Assembly: GCA_002438065.1 (NCBI GenBank)
Contig: DJSP01000086.1
Span: forward strand, 1 to 43,676
Direction: 5' to 3'
DNA length: 43,676 bases
From: Bacillales bacterium UBA6331
GTDB lineage: Bacteria; Bacillota_I; Bacilli_A; RF39; UBA660
The notes beneath the pieces are model-generated. The model did not search any database. It was not told the origin of the DNA and was given only the letters and a program-made list of their open reading frames with translations. The translations under genes and the position numbers were made by a program. The first letter of the stretch is position 1. Every line of letters starts with the position of its first letter. Of the stretch, positions 28,432-39,209 are shown piece by piece.

Positions 28432-28884
28432 TTTATTTGGCAAGTTTGACCAATTATGTAATAATAATTTTTTAAATAAAAATATTTATGCTAATATGAC
28501 TTTAATGGGGTGAAAATATATAATGCAATTAAATCTTAACGAAAATATATAAAATGTTATTCTAAATATTTTAAAAAAGTGATTTTCCAAATACGTATAT
28601 GTATGTTATGAATTAAATATATTGCTTTTATGCGTAAAATAAAAGAAAAGTGAATACTATAAATTTTATTATATATGAAAAAAATATTTTAATTTAAAGA
28701 ATATAAAAGTTTTGGTTACTTGGTTAAGTGATATTAAAATCATAAAAAAATATGCATCTATTTATATATAAATTGATATTAAAATATTAAATTTTTAAAA
28801 TTAGTTAATCTATATCAAAAATTAACTAAAAACATAAATATTTATGTTAAAATATAATATATAATTAATGAAAGAGGAATATCC

Positions 28885-29814
28885 ATGAAAACATGCGTAT
28901 TAATTTATAACCCCAATAGTGGCCACGTATTTAAAACAAAATATCTAAAAGAATATAAAGATATTTTAATAAAGAATGGTTATAATCCTAAATTTATTGC
29001 TACATGTTATCAAGGTCACGCCAAAGAAATTATATCTCACCTAGAAAAAGTAGATTTAGTTATAAGCATGGGTGGAGATGGTACCTTTAACGAAATAATT
29101 TCAGGTAATTTAGAACGAAAAGAGCCATTAATTGTATCCCATATTCCTGTTGGAACTACCAATGACATAGGCGTCATGTTTGGCTATGGAAAAGATGTTA
29201 AAAATAATTTAAAACTTTTACTTAAAGGTTGCATCAAAGAAATGGATATTTGCCTAATAAATAATCAACCATTCGTCTATGTTGCCGGTTTTGGTAAATT
29301 TATGCAAGTTCCTTATCAAACACCTCGTAAATTAAAGAAAAAATATGGATACATTGCCTACCTAATTGAAGGAATAAAAGACTACTTTAGCCCTACCAAG
29401 TTATATAAAATAAAATATAACGTTAATGGTATATCTAAAACAGGATATTACTCATTTATATTAATATCTAATGCAAATCGAATCGCAGGAATAAATAACT
29501 TCTATCGCAATGTTAAACTAGATGATGACCAATTTGAAGTCTTACTATGCAACTTTAATCGCCGCATTGATTTAATTAAAACATTCTCATTATTAATGAC
29601 TATGGATGCATCTAAAGTATCAGGCGTAGAATTCTATAAAACCAATCATCTTGAATTAGAGTTTGAAGATTATCCTAAGCATGGATGGTGTATCGATGGA
29701 GAAAAATTAAAATATCGAACTCTAAAATATGACATTAAAAATATTAATCATATCAAAATCATGTTACCAACTAAAAATATAAATAAAATATTTGTAAATA
29801 AAAAAATTGATTAA
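28885..29814 (+). CDS. Diacylglycerol/lipid kinase family protein (DagK/YegS-like)
   Basis: GGDGT motif (VISMGGDGTFNEI) and PVGTTND. SD AAAGAGG. Confidence 0.88.
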   Translation: MKTCVLIYNPNSGHVFKTKYLKEYKDILIKNGYNPKFIATCYQGHAKEIISHLEKVDLVISMGGDGTFNEIISGNLERKEPLIVSHIPVGTTNDIGVMFGYGKDVKNNLKLLLKGCIKEMDICLINNQPFVYVAGFGKFMQVPYQTPRKLKKKYGYIAYLIEGIKDYFSPTKLYKIKYNVNGISKTGYYSFILISNANRIAGINNFYRNVKLDDDQFEVLLCNFNRRIDLIKTFSLLMTMDASKVSGVEFYKTNHLELEFEDYPKHGWCIDGEKLKYRTLKYDIKNINHIKIMLPTKNINKIFVNKKID

Positions 29815-29832
29815 ACTACCTAATCAATTTTT
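29803..29832. terminator. Bidirectional hairpin shared by the convergent lipid kinase and yfhO gene ends
   Basis: AAAAATTGATTA ... TAATCAATTTTT spans both stop codons. Confidence 0.5.
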
Positions 29833-32365
29833 TCTTTTTTAATATCACATATCCAATAATTATTGATAATGATCCAATAGATATTCCTATACCTGTTTTA
29901 AAATAAGGAATTTTATATTCTAATGTAATTTCATGTTCTCCTTCCGTAACATTAAATCCCAAAAGTGAATTACCAATTAGAAAAGTATCAGTTTTTATGC
30001 CATCAACATAAACATTCCATCCCTCATCATAAGGTATAGAAGTATATATTGTACCTTCCTTACCTGAAGTGGTACCATTAATTTTATCTTCTTCAAAATT
30101 ACTTAGTGCTACTTTATTATTACTAACTAATTTATTAACTTTATTTAATTTATTATTATCCACATAATAAATATAAGCATCACTATAAGCATCACTTTCT
30201 ATCTCATTACTATATGAAATATAAATTGTATCACAATTAGTAAAATGTATGATTTTATTCTCACTTACATTTTCCGAAACATTATAATCATAAGTAGTAT
30301 CGATATTAGAATTTTCACCCTCTCTAACATACAAAACATTATTAACAATTAAAGAATTAATTGAATTTCCAAAATAAATATACCCTTCATTTTTATTTAG
30401 TTTATACTTATGAACAATACCGTCATCAAATTTTACTATTGTATCATTAACAACTTTATTTTTAACTAAAACGTTATCAATTTCATACGCTTTTTTTACA
30501 AAATTATTTTGATTTTCAAATGGATCATCACTTAAAAATTCCCAATTAACTATATCCTTGTTAACTTTATACATTAAATCTGAATAATACTTAGATTTAT
30601 ATACATAATTATCATTAATTACATCAGTAAAAAATAAATCATAATTCATATTTTCACTCATATCTCCAATAATGTATTTTAAATTAAACATTATATTATA
30701 TATTGGTGTATTATCTCCAAATGAAAAACTATTAATTAAATTACCAGGCATTCCCAAATTGTATTCAAGTACAGCCAAATTTTCATATTCCATTGAACTA
30801 AAAGCCGTTATACCATAATAACCATACCACGAAGGGTCATTAAACGTTTTCATATCTTTTTTTTCAATTCTATAAAATAATTCCGCATCATTATCTTTAA
30901 TATAATCTAAATCGCTTTCTATAGTGTTATAATCAAAGTAAAAATTATTTAGATTCTGATCAATATTCCAACAACCGTTGATACTAATAATTGCTTCTAA
31001 ACAAACCGTTATAATACCAATAATAGGTATAAACTTACTTTTTTCATTAAAAAACTTATAAATAACATAAAGCAAAAACCATAAAATAACAATTATAAAA
31101 TTAAAGACAATAGTCGTATCTAAAATATTAAAACTTTTAATAAAATAAACAGAACCAGCAAATAGTAAAGTAAGAACAAAAATAATTATTACAATATATT
31201 CCTTAACTATAACTATCTTATGAATAGAATATGCACTAATAATTAAAAATATAAATGGATAAATAAATGAATATCTATAAGGTAAATCATTTGGTACATG
31301 AAAGGCATGCCATATAAAATCTAAAGGAGCCCAAAAGAAACTTAAAATCATTATTCCAAGCATCAAACTATAACCAATTTTAACTCTTATTTTAATATCT
31401 TTATTAAACAAAAATAATACAAATAAAGGTAGCACTATAATACTACTAGATATATTTGGAGCGTTTATAGCATCACTTTTAAATACTGTAGTTGTTACTC
31501 CACTTAAATGATTATAAATAAACTCTATCAATGTAAAACTATAATATTGACTACTTGGCCATACATCACTAGTTGCACTTATTCCAGATAATGATTTAAA
31601 CATTGGTATTAAAGCAACTGCACATAATCCCCCAGCAAGTAACGAACAAATGCCAAACTTTAAACACTTTTCTAAGTATATTTTTATTTTTAACTTATCT
31701 TTAACAACAAACAAATATATTAAAAAATAAATTAAACTAAATATACATAACATAAAGCCAATAAAATAATTACTAAATAGCATGCATGCTAAACTAAAAA
31801 TATAAAGACAATATTTATCCTCATCAACTAGTTTTTCAATTCCCATAACAACTATTGGAAGCAGTACCAAACCATCAAGCCACATGATATTCCAGTAATA
31901 AGCTGTAAAATAATTATTAAAAGCATAAATAATCGCAATTATTGAATGAATATAATTTTTCTTTTTAAATTTATAATTAAGAAATATATTCATAGCAACT
32001 GCTGATACAACTGCCTTAAGTCCAATTATAACAGAATATGATGCTAGTAAATTTTCTCTTTTTACAAAAAATAATATAATATTAAAGAAACTACTCATAT
32101 AATTAAAATAATTTCTAAAAAACGGAAGCCCCATCCCCATGTTAAAAGAATAGATAAAATTACTGCCGTTTTTAACTCTATCAAAGAACTCTCCCATCAT
32201 TGGACCATATTGATGATAAAAATCAACTGCTAGCATTGAATATTTTCCAAATGGAGCTACCTCATTAATTACATACAAGATAATTATAACGACAAGAGCA
32301 CATATAAATGTTAACAACAAATTTTTATAATTTTTCCATATGTTTTTAATACTTATTTTTTTCAT
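29816..32365 (-). CDS. yfhO: YfhO-family polytopic membrane protein (putative glycosyltransferase for cell-envelope polymers)
   Basis: 849 aa. About 12 or more N-terminal TM helices, a large extracytoplasmic domain and a C-terminal TM anchor, which is the typical YfhO architecture. Confidence 0.8.
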   Translation of the reverse strand: MKKISIKNIWKNYKNLLLTFICALVVIIILYVINEVAPFGKYSMLAVDFYHQYGPMMGEFFDRVKNGSNFIYSFNMGMGLPFFRNYFNYMSSFFNIILFFVKRENLLASYSVIIGLKAVVSAVAMNIFLNYKFKKKNYIHSIIAIIYAFNNYFTAYYWNIMWLDGLVLLPIVVMGIEKLVDEDKYCLYIFSLACMLFSNYFIGFMLCIFSLIYFLIYLFVVKDKLKIKIYLEKCLKFGICSLLAGGLCAVALIPMFKSLSGISATSDVWPSSQYYSFTLIEFIYNHLSGVTTTVFKSDAINAPNISSSIIVLPLFVLFLFNKDIKIRVKIGYSLMLGIMILSFFWAPLDFIWHAFHVPNDLPYRYSFIYPFIFLIISAYSIHKIVIVKEYIVIIIFVLTLLFAGSVYFIKSFNILDTTIVFNFIIVILWFLLYVIYKFFNEKSKFIPIIGIITVCLEAIISINGCWNIDQNLNNFYFDYNTIESDLDYIKDNDAELFYRIEKKDMKTFNDPSWYGYYGITAFSSMEYENLAVLEYNLGMPGNLINSFSFGDNTPIYNIMFNLKYIIGDMSENMNYDLFFTDVINDNYVYKSKYYSDLMYKVNKDIVNWEFLSDDPFENQNNFVKKAYEIDNVLVKNKVVNDTIVKFDDGIVHKYKLNKNEGYIYFGNSINSLIVNNVLYVREGENSNIDTTYDYNVSENVSENKIIHFTNCDTIYISYSNEIESDAYSDAYIYYVDNNKLNKVNKLVSNNKVALSNFEEDKINGTTSGKEGTIYTSIPYDEGWNVYVDGIKTDTFLIGNSLLGFNVTEGEHEITLEYKIPYFKTGIGISIGSLSIIIGYVILKKKKLIR

Positions 32366-32510
32366 AAAACCTCCTAAAAAAGTATAGCATAGAATAAGGA
32401 TAATATAAAAGCCTAAAATGTGTCCAATGTGTGCATAAACATGCGATTTTTCTTGACTTTTTACCCTATTTTGTAGTAGTATGTACTATGTTTGGAAAGA
32501 GGGAAAGATT

Positions 32511-34310
32511 ATGGATAAAATAATTAATATAGCCGTTGTAGCCCATGTAGATGCTGGTAAAAGTACTTTAGTTGATGCATTACTAGAACAAAATGGTGCA
32601 TTCGGTGAAAGAGATCAAATTGTAGACTGTGTTATGGATAGTAACGATATTGAAAGAGAAAGAGGAATTACAATTTATTCTAAAAACTGTTCAATAAGAT
32701 ATAAAGACTATAAAATTAATATAGTTGATACACCCGGACATGCAGACTTTTCATCAGAAGTTGAACGTGTAATTAAAACAGTAGATACAGTTATTCTTTT
32801 AGTAGACTCATCAGAAGGACCAATGCCTCAAACAAGATTCGTTCTTAAAAAAGCATTAGAACATAATCTAAGACCTATCTTATTTATTAACAAAATCGAC
32901 AAAAAAGATGCTAGACCTGAAGAAGTAGTTAATATGACCTTCGATTTATTCTGTGAACTTAACGCTACCGATGAACAATTAGATTTCCCAATTATTTACG
33001 GAGTTGCTAGAGATGGAATTGCTAAATATTCTTTAGATGACGATAGTACTACTATTGAACCATTATTAGAAACAATTTTAAAGCAATGCAAACCATATGA
33101 AGGAAGTATAGACGATAAATTACAATTACAAATTTCTAACTTAGGATATGATGAATATATCGGAAGATTAGGAATTGGTCGTATTACTAAAGGTGTAGTA
33201 AAATCAGGTGAAACAGTATCATTAGTTAAAAACGATGGAACAATTACTAATTTTAAAATAACTAAATTATTTGTTAATGAAGGAATTAAAAAAGTTGAAA
33301 AACAAGAAGCTTATTATGGAGATATCGTAACAATTGCCGGATGTTCTCATATTTCTATTGGAGATACAATTAACGAACTTAACTGCATTGATCCATTACC
33401 TCCAATTGAAATAGAAAAACCAACTCTATCAATGAATTTCGTAGTAAACAATGGTCCATTTGCTGGCCAAAGTGGTAAATTCTTAACAACTAGACATATT
33501 AAAGAAAGATTAGAAAGAGAATTAGAAACTAACGTTGGTTTAGAAGTAGAAGAATTACCATCATCAGACGGATTTAAAGTAAGCGGTAGAGGAGAACTAC
33601 ATTTATCAATTCTTTTAGAAAACATGAGAAGAGAAGGATATGAATTATGTGTATCAAAACCAGAAGTTTTATTTAAAGAAATAGATGGTAAAAAATGTGA
33701 ACCATTTGAAACAGTTATCGTAAATGTTCCTAATGATTATGCAAGTACTGTAATTAATGCCCTACAAGAAAGAAAAGGTATGCTTCTTAAAATGGAAAAT
33801 GAAGAAAACTATACTCATTTAGAATTTGAAGCTCCAACAAGAGGATTACTAGGTTATCGTAGTGCTTTCATAACTGATACTAAAGGAGAAGGAATTATGG
33901 TTAGATCATTCAGTGATTATAAACCATATGCTGGACCTATTGCATCAAGAAAAAATGGTGTATTAGTATCTATGGAAACAGGTAAGAGTTTAGGTTATTC
34001 TCTATTTAACCTACAAGAAAGAGGTACTTTACTTATTGGACCAGCTACTGATGTATATGTTGGTATGATAGTTGGTATTAACAATAGAGATAATGATTTA
34101 AATGTTAACCCATGTAAAAATAAAGAAATGTCTAATACCAGAAGTAAATCAAGTGACGAAGCAATTAACTTAATTACACCAAAAACATTTAGTTTAGAAG
34201 AATCACTAGAATTTATTGCTGATGATGAATACGTTGAAATAACTCCTGCGGTTATCAGATTGCGTAAAAAGATATTAGATCCAAAAGCACGTTTTAGAGT
34301 AAGTAGATAA
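32511..34310 (+). CDS. typA: Translational GTPase TypA/BipA
   Basis: [17 protein letters not shown] and NKID(K)KD motifs. EF-G-like domains without domain IV. Start moved to [12 protein letters not shown] after a purine-rich SD. Confidence 0.95.
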   Translation: MDKIINIAVVAHVDAGKSTLVDALLEQNGAFGERDQIVDCVMDSNDIERERGITIYSKNCSIRYKDYKINIVDTPGHADFSSEVERVIKTVDTVILLVDSSEGPMPQTRFVLKKALEHNLRPILFINKIDKKDARPEEVVNMTFDLFCELNATDEQLDFPIIYGVARDGIAKYSLDDDSTTIEPLLETILKQCKPYEGSIDDKLQLQISNLGYDEYIGRLGIGRITKGVVKSGETVSLVKNDGTITNFKITKLFVNEGIKKVEKQEAYYGDIVTIAGCSHISIGDTINELNCIDPLPPIEIEKPTLSMNFVVNNGPFAGQSGKFLTTRHIKERLERELETNVGLEVEELPSSDGFKVSGRGELHLSILLENMRREGYELCVSKPEVLFKEIDGKKCEPFETVIVNVPNDYASTVINALQERKGMLLKMENEENYTHLEFEAPTRGLLGYRSAFITDTKGEGIMVRSFSDYKPYAGPIASRKNGVLVSMETGKSLGYSLFNLQERGTLLIGPATDVYVGMIVGINNRDNDLNVNPCKNKEMSNTRSKSSDEAINLITPKTFSLEESLEFIADDEYVEITPAVIRLRKKILDPKARFRVSR

Positions 34311-34317
34311 TAATTAA

Positions 34318-34346
34318 GTAGAATTTAATTTAGATTCTGCTTTTTT
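34318..34346 (+). terminator. Rho-independent terminator after typA
   Basis: GTAGAAT ... ATTCTGC followed by T6. Confidence 0.65.
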
Positions 34347-34477
34347 AATACTAAATAAGTAATTATGTTTTCCTACAGGAAAACATATAATAAAAACGTC
34401 AATTATATTTTCCTTAAAGAAAACATAATTGACAAACAACATATAAAATTATATAATTACATTGAGGCGATACTTTT

Positions 34478-35680
34478 ATGGTAAAAAGAGAAAAATATTT
34501 ATCTCAAATTAGAGATTTTTATGATAAAGATATAATAAAAATAATTACCGGAATAAGACGTTCTGGCAAATCAGTATTATTAAAACAAATAATAGATGAA
34601 CTATTACAACTAGGAATAGACAGCAATCATATTATATATATCAATTTTGAAGATGTTAAATATGCAAATATAACTAATTTTATGGATTTAAATAATTATG
34701 TAACATCATATATGCAAGATGATAACAAATATTATTTATTTTTTGATGAAATCCAACAAGTTGATAAATGGGAAAAAACTATTGTATCGCTTAAATCTAC
34801 TCGTAACACATCTATTTTTATCACCGGCTCAAATTCAAAATTATTATCTGGAGAACTTGCTACTTTACTTTCCGGAAGATATGTATCATTTAGAATAGCC
34901 CCATTTAGCTTTAAAGAAATTGTTGAACTAAAAAATTTACAAACAAAAGAAGAAATAAAGCAAGAATTTTTAGAGTACATTTTATGGGGAGGAATGCCTC
35001 AAAGATTTGAATTTCCAAATGAAGAATCAATGAAAACATTTCTAAAAGATATATTTAATTCCATAGTACTAAAAGATATAGTTAAAAGATATAATATTAA
35101 GAATGTTACAATATTTGAAAGAATAATGGAGTATCTTGTTACCAATCCTTCACAAGTTTTTTCCATTAAAAATATGTTAGCAGAATTTGAAAAAGAAAAT
35201 ATTCCTATTTCAACTAAAACAGTTTATGAATGTCTAGATTATGCCGAAGTGTCAATGCTTATGATAAAAGCATCAGAATATGATATAAGAGGTAAAAGAA
35301 TATTATCCAGAAAAGACAAATATTATTTAACTGATTTAGGACTTGGCCAAATATTAAACACCAATAAAAAAGCCCAATATGGTGCTTATCTAGAAAACAT
35401 AGTTTTTAATGAATTACTATATAGAGGATATGAAGTAAGCATCGGAAATAATAATGGTAAAGAAATAGATTTTGTTGCAACTAAATATAATCAAAAAGAA
35501 TATTATCAAGTTTGTTACTATCTAAATGATGAACAGGTTGTGGAAAGAGAATTTGGTGCATATTCTGATATTAATGATAATTATCCAAAATATGTAATTT
35601 CAATGGATGAATTAGATTTTTCTCAAAATGGAATTATTCATAAAAATATAATTGATTGGTTATTAACTAAACAGCAATAA
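34478..35680 (+). CDS. AAA-type ATPase, AAA_14 + DUF4143 architecture
   Basis: Walker A GIRRSGKS, Walker B YLFFDEIQ, and the C-terminal DUF4143-like region typical of this family. Confidence 0.8.
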   Translation: MVKREKYLSQIRDFYDKDIIKIITGIRRSGKSVLLKQIIDELLQLGIDSNHIIYINFEDVKYANITNFMDLNNYVTSYMQDDNKYYLFFDEIQQVDKWEKTIVSLKSTRNTSIFITGSNSKLLSGELATLLSGRYVSFRIAPFSFKEIVELKNLQTKEEIKQEFLEYILWGGMPQRFEFPNEESMKTFLKDIFNSIVLKDIVKRYNIKNVTIFERIMEYLVTNPSQVFSIKNMLAEFEKENIPISTKTVYECLDYAEVSMLMIKASEYDIRGKRILSRKDKYYLTDLGLGQILNTNKKAQYGAYLENIVFNELLYRGYEVSIGNNNGKEIDFVATKYNQKEYYQVCYYLNDEQVVEREFGAYSDINDNYPKYVISMDELDFSQNGIIHKNIIDWLLTKQQ

Positions 35681-35685
35681 CTATT

Positions 35686-35708
35686 AAGTAAGTAAATATC
35701 ACTTACTT
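35686..35708. terminator. Bidirectional hairpin between convergent genes
   Basis: AAGTAAGT-AAATATC-ACTTACTT followed by TTTTA. Confidence 0.5.
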
Positions 35709-36005
35709 TTTATTTGCCTCAATTAATTTATCAATTTCTTCTTTCATTATATTTATCGCTTCTTCTATTTGTTCCAAATCAAGCTCATTTTTCATATCAT
35801 TATTGTTTTTATTATTATTACTATTATCATATTGATACATTTGTAAAAAAGCTGCATTAGTTTCAAGAATTTGTCCAATTAACATCAACCAGTTTCCCAA
35901 AGCATTTTGTACATAACTATTAAAAGGATACGTAAGAGCATAACCTATAATTAATGCTGCTAAAGTATCAACTCTAGAAGCAGTTTCCTCTTCCTTGCTA
36001 TTCAT
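35703..36005 (-). CDS. Hypothetical small protein (hydrophobic N-half, Asn-rich linker, acidic helical C-terminus)
   Basis: ORF only; no family recognised. Confidence 0.4.
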   Translation of the reverse strand: MNSKEEETASRVDTLAALIIGYALTYPFNSYVQNALGNWLMLIGQILETNAAFLQMYQYDNSNNNKNNNDMKNELDLEQIEEAINIMKEEIDKLIEANKK

Positions 36006-36076
36006 AATAAAGTATATGTTCGCTTGATATCAAATATTAAAAAATGGTATAATTAACAAGGAAAGAAGGAATTAAA

Positions 36077-36616
36077 ATGGAATTAAAAGGAAGTAGAACT
36101 GAAACAAATTTATTAGCTGCTTTTGCTGGTGAAAGTCAAGCACGTAATAAATATACATTCTATGCATCCCAAGCAAGAAAAGATGGCTATGAACAAATAG
36201 CATCAATATTTGAAGAAACAGCAAATAATGAAAAAGAACATGCCAAACTATGGTTTAAAGAATTACATGGTGGTAAAGTTCCATCTACAATAGATAACTT
36301 AAAAGACGCTGCAAATGGTGAAAACTATGAATGGACTGAAATGTACAAACAATTTGCTGAAATTGCTAGAGAAGAAGGCTTTGATAAAATAGCAGAATTA
36401 TTTGAAAAAGTAGGCGAAATTGAAAAACATCATGAAGAAAGATATTTAAAATTAGTAGGAAACATAAATGATAACCTAGTGTTCCAAAGAGGAGAAGAAA
36501 AAGTATGGATTTGCCGTAACTGCGGTCATATTACTTATGGAACAACCGCTCCAGAAGTATGTCCAGTATGCAATCATCCTCAAAGTTATATGGAATTAAA
36601 AGCTGAAAATTACTAA
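36077..36616 (+). CDS. rbr: Rubrerythrin
   Basis: Ferritin-like ExxH pairs ([16 protein letters not shown]) plus a C-terminal rubredoxin-like CRNCG...CPVC. TTGATA-18-TGgTATAAT promoter upstream. Confidence 0.93.
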   Translation: MELKGSRTETNLLAAFAGESQARNKYTFYASQARKDGYEQIASIFEETANNEKEHAKLWFKELHGGKVPSTIDNLKDAANGENYEWTEMYKQFAEIAREEGFDKIAELFEKVGEIEKHHEERYLKLVGNINDNLVFQRGEEKVWICRNCGHITYGTTAPEVCPVCNHPQSYMELKAENY

Positions 36617-36621
36617 TACAA

Positions 36622-36649
36622 AAAGAGATTCAAAAAAACGAATCTCTTT
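36622..36649. terminator. Bidirectional terminator between rbr and the femAB-like gene
   Basis: AAAGAGATTC-AAAAAAAC-GAATCTCTTT. Confidence 0.75.
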
Positions 36650-36653
36650 AATT

Positions 36654-37877
36654 TTATTCAAATTTATGAGAAGGTAAAAATTCCTTACTAAGTAATCCTT
36701 TAGACTGAATCTTCTTAAATAATAGTTCATTAAGAACAATATCAAACTCCCCAATAAACTCATAAATAACAGGATTAAAATCTAACTTAACCTTATTAAA
36801 ATCAAAATATTTATATTGATCACTAAAATTACTAGATAACCCGTTTAATTCAATAAAATCATAACTATTCTTAAAAGTACTAATCAAATAATTATATAAA
36901 TAATACTGTGCATAAACATTATCGTTATCATAATCTTCTAAAACAATACTAACCCTATTTTGATATTTAACAATAACAACACCACCTACATACTTAAACT
37001 TATTATATTTAAGTCCAGCTGTAGCATCAACAACCTGATTTTTATATTTTAATAAATCCTTATCACTTTGCATCTTCTTATTAACAGTATCATCACTATT
37101 GTCAGTTTGAATTAATTCATTATAATAATTATTATTTTCCAGTTCCTTATTATATCTTTCTCTAGCATTAATCAAACACTGTTCATAATTAACCTTTACA
37201 AGTATTAATTCTGCCGAATCAAAATAATTTAAAATACTCTTATAATAAGAAATACTTTGATAACTATCTTTACTAGCAATATCATATAAAATATCAAGAT
37301 CTTTTTTATCCATAACTTCAATGCTTAACCCATTTTCATTAGCAATATTCATTATTTCTTTAATTTCATTATTTTCTACATATTTCTTTAAATTAATATA
37401 AGGATTAATTCTTGGAAACATAAAATCTAAAGGATATATTTCTCTTCTTCTTTTAAAACCCATATTTTTAAGTTCATCAATAATACTAACATTTTGATTA
37501 TAGTTAGAAGAATAATTACTCTTTTTATTTATTTCTCCAATAATAATTTCCGGATTAATCTTCAAAAAAGAGTATCCTTTCCTTTTATAATGTGCATTTA
37601 AATCTTTAATAAACATCTTTAATATTTCCGTTTTATAATAATCAACTAATACTCCTTTAGGTGCATAAACATATTTAGCAAAAGTACCAATTTTTTTCTT
37701 TAAAATTAAAGAAGCACCGACTAAGTTATTACTATCATCTTTATATCCAATTAAATCATAAGTATATCCCATATCGCTCATAACCTTAGCATATTCTATA
37801 GTTTGACAATAATTTCTAAGTGGATGATTATTTACAAATTCAGTAAATTCATTTGATTTTAAATTAACTATTCTCAT
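36654..37877 (-). CDS. FemAB-family peptidoglycan interpeptide-bridge aminoacyltransferase
   Basis: Length of about 400 aa. FemA/MurM-like N-terminus (FVNNHPLRNYCQTIEYAKVM...GASLILKKKIG) and a central coiled-coil insert. Confidence 0.75.
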   Translation of the reverse strand: MRIVNLKSNEFTEFVNNHPLRNYCQTIEYAKVMSDMGYTYDLIGYKDDSNNLVGASLILKKKIGTFAKYVYAPKGVLVDYYKTEILKMFIKDLNAHYKRKGYSFLKINPEIIIGEINKKSNYSSNYNQNVSIIDELKNMGFKRRREIYPLDFMFPRINPYINLKKYVENNEIKEIMNIANENGLSIEVMDKKDLDILYDIASKDSYQSISYYKSILNYFDSAELILVKVNYEQCLINARERYNKELENNNYYNELIQTDNSDDTVNKKMQSDKDLLKYKNQVVDATAGLKYNKFKYVGGVVIVKYQNRVSIVLEDYDNDNVYAQYYLYNYLISTFKNSYDFIELNGLSSNFSDQYKYFDFNKVKLDFNPVIYEFIGEFDIVLNELLFKKIQSKGLLSKEFLPSHKFE

Positions 37878-37935
37878 ATAAGCACACCTCTACTACAATA
37901 TTTTAACAAATTTTTAATTAAAAGTCTTTATGTTT

Positions 37936-39156
37936 TTATTCCTTACAACTTAATACAGAAGATACCGGTATAATTAAATTATTATTATCTAAACTTATTA
38001 AATCATCATAAAAACAAATTATTCCCCCTGTTCCAATTTCTTTTCCTGATTTTTTTAAACAATCAAAATTTTTTATCATTGATTTATTAGGACTTGCCGT
38101 TTTTTTAATTTCAAATGGATACAACTTATTATTATTATAAAAAATCAAATCAATTTCATTCTTTTCCTTATCTCTATAATAAGAAATGTTAGGATTTATT
38201 CCTCTTGCGTTATAAGATTTAATGATATCACTTATTATATAACATTCTAAATAATGCCCAGCACTACTACTTAATTGTAAATCTCTTGCACTTTGCCATC
38301 CAGCTAAATAAGCAGCAAGCCCAGTATCCATAAAATATATTTTTGGTAAGTGAGTTAATCTTTTAATTTCACTTGATCTATATGGCTCCAATAAATAAAC
38401 AAGGCCAGAAGCAGTTAATACCGATAACCAAGCCTTAGCAGTTGGTACCGTAATCCCTGCATCAAGTGCAAGAGAAGTATAATTTAATTGCTCTCCAATT
38501 CTAGAAGCAACACTTACAATAAAAGTTTTAAATGCTTCTACATTTCCTATATCTAATATTGACCTTACATCTCTTGCAATATAAGTGTCTATATAAGATT
38601 GAAAATATACATTCCTATTAATTCCTTCAGTATTATATAACTCAGGCATTCCTCCATTATAAATAATTTCAAATAACTTATTTACATCAATATTTGGTGC
38701 TTTTTTTATGTTATTAGGACTAAATAATTCCTTCTTATTACATTTAGAAATTTCTCCATATGTAAAACTATTTAAATTTATTATTCCAACTCTTCCCGCT
38801 AAAGATTCACATGCATTTTTCATTAAATGAAATTGTTGAGAGCCAGTAATCCAATATAATCCTTTTGAATTAGATTCATCTACTTTAATTTTTATATAAT
38901 TAAATATTTCTGGGACATATTGTGCTTCATCAATTAATAGTGGAGCAGGATGTTCTTCTAAAAATAATTTGGGATCTTCCTTTGCTTGATCTCTTAAAAC
39001 TTTATCATCAAATGTAACATAATTCATATTATCTGGCTTTAATTTCATAAGTAAAGTTGTTTTTCCAACCTGCCTAGGACCAGTAACCAATAAAACTTTA
39101 AATGTTTTACTAATGTTCTTAATTATATCTTCTGCTTCTCTATATAACATAATCAT
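37936..39156 (-). CDS. AAA-type ATPase, AAA_14 + DUF4143 architecture (second, divergent copy)
   Basis: Walker A GPRQVGKT, Walker B LLIDEAQ, DUF4143-like C-terminal half. Confidence 0.8.
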   Translation of the reverse strand: MIMLYREAEDIIKNISKTFKVLLVTGPRQVGKTTLLMKLKPDNMNYVTFDDKVLRDQAKEDPKLFLEEHPAPLLIDEAQYVPEIFNYIKIKVDESNSKGLYWITGSQQFHLMKNACESLAGRVGIINLNSFTYGEISKCNKKELFSPNNIKKAPNIDVNKLFEIIYNGGMPELYNTEGINRNVYFQSYIDTYIARDVRSILDIGNVEAFKTFIVSVASRIGEQLNYTSLALDAGITVPTAKAWLSVLTASGLVYLLEPYRSSEIKRLTHLPKIYFMDTGLAAYLAGWQSARDLQLSSSAGHYLECYIISDIIKSYNARGINPNISYYRDKEKNEIDLIFYNNNKLYPFEIKKTASPNKSMIKNFDCLKKSGKEIGTGGIICFYDDLISLDNNNLIIPVSSVLSCKE

Positions 39157-39180
39157 TAAATCCTTTCTCTAATTAATCCA

Positions 39181-39209
39181 ATTTTATCATCCAATTTTAA
39201 ATTAGTCAA
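39181..39209 (-). promoter_or_regulatory. Putative sigma-A promoter for the 37936-39156 gene
   Basis: On the minus strand: TTGACT (39209-39204), 17 nt, TAAAAT (39186-39181). The -35 lies inside repeat copy 1. Confidence 0.5.
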
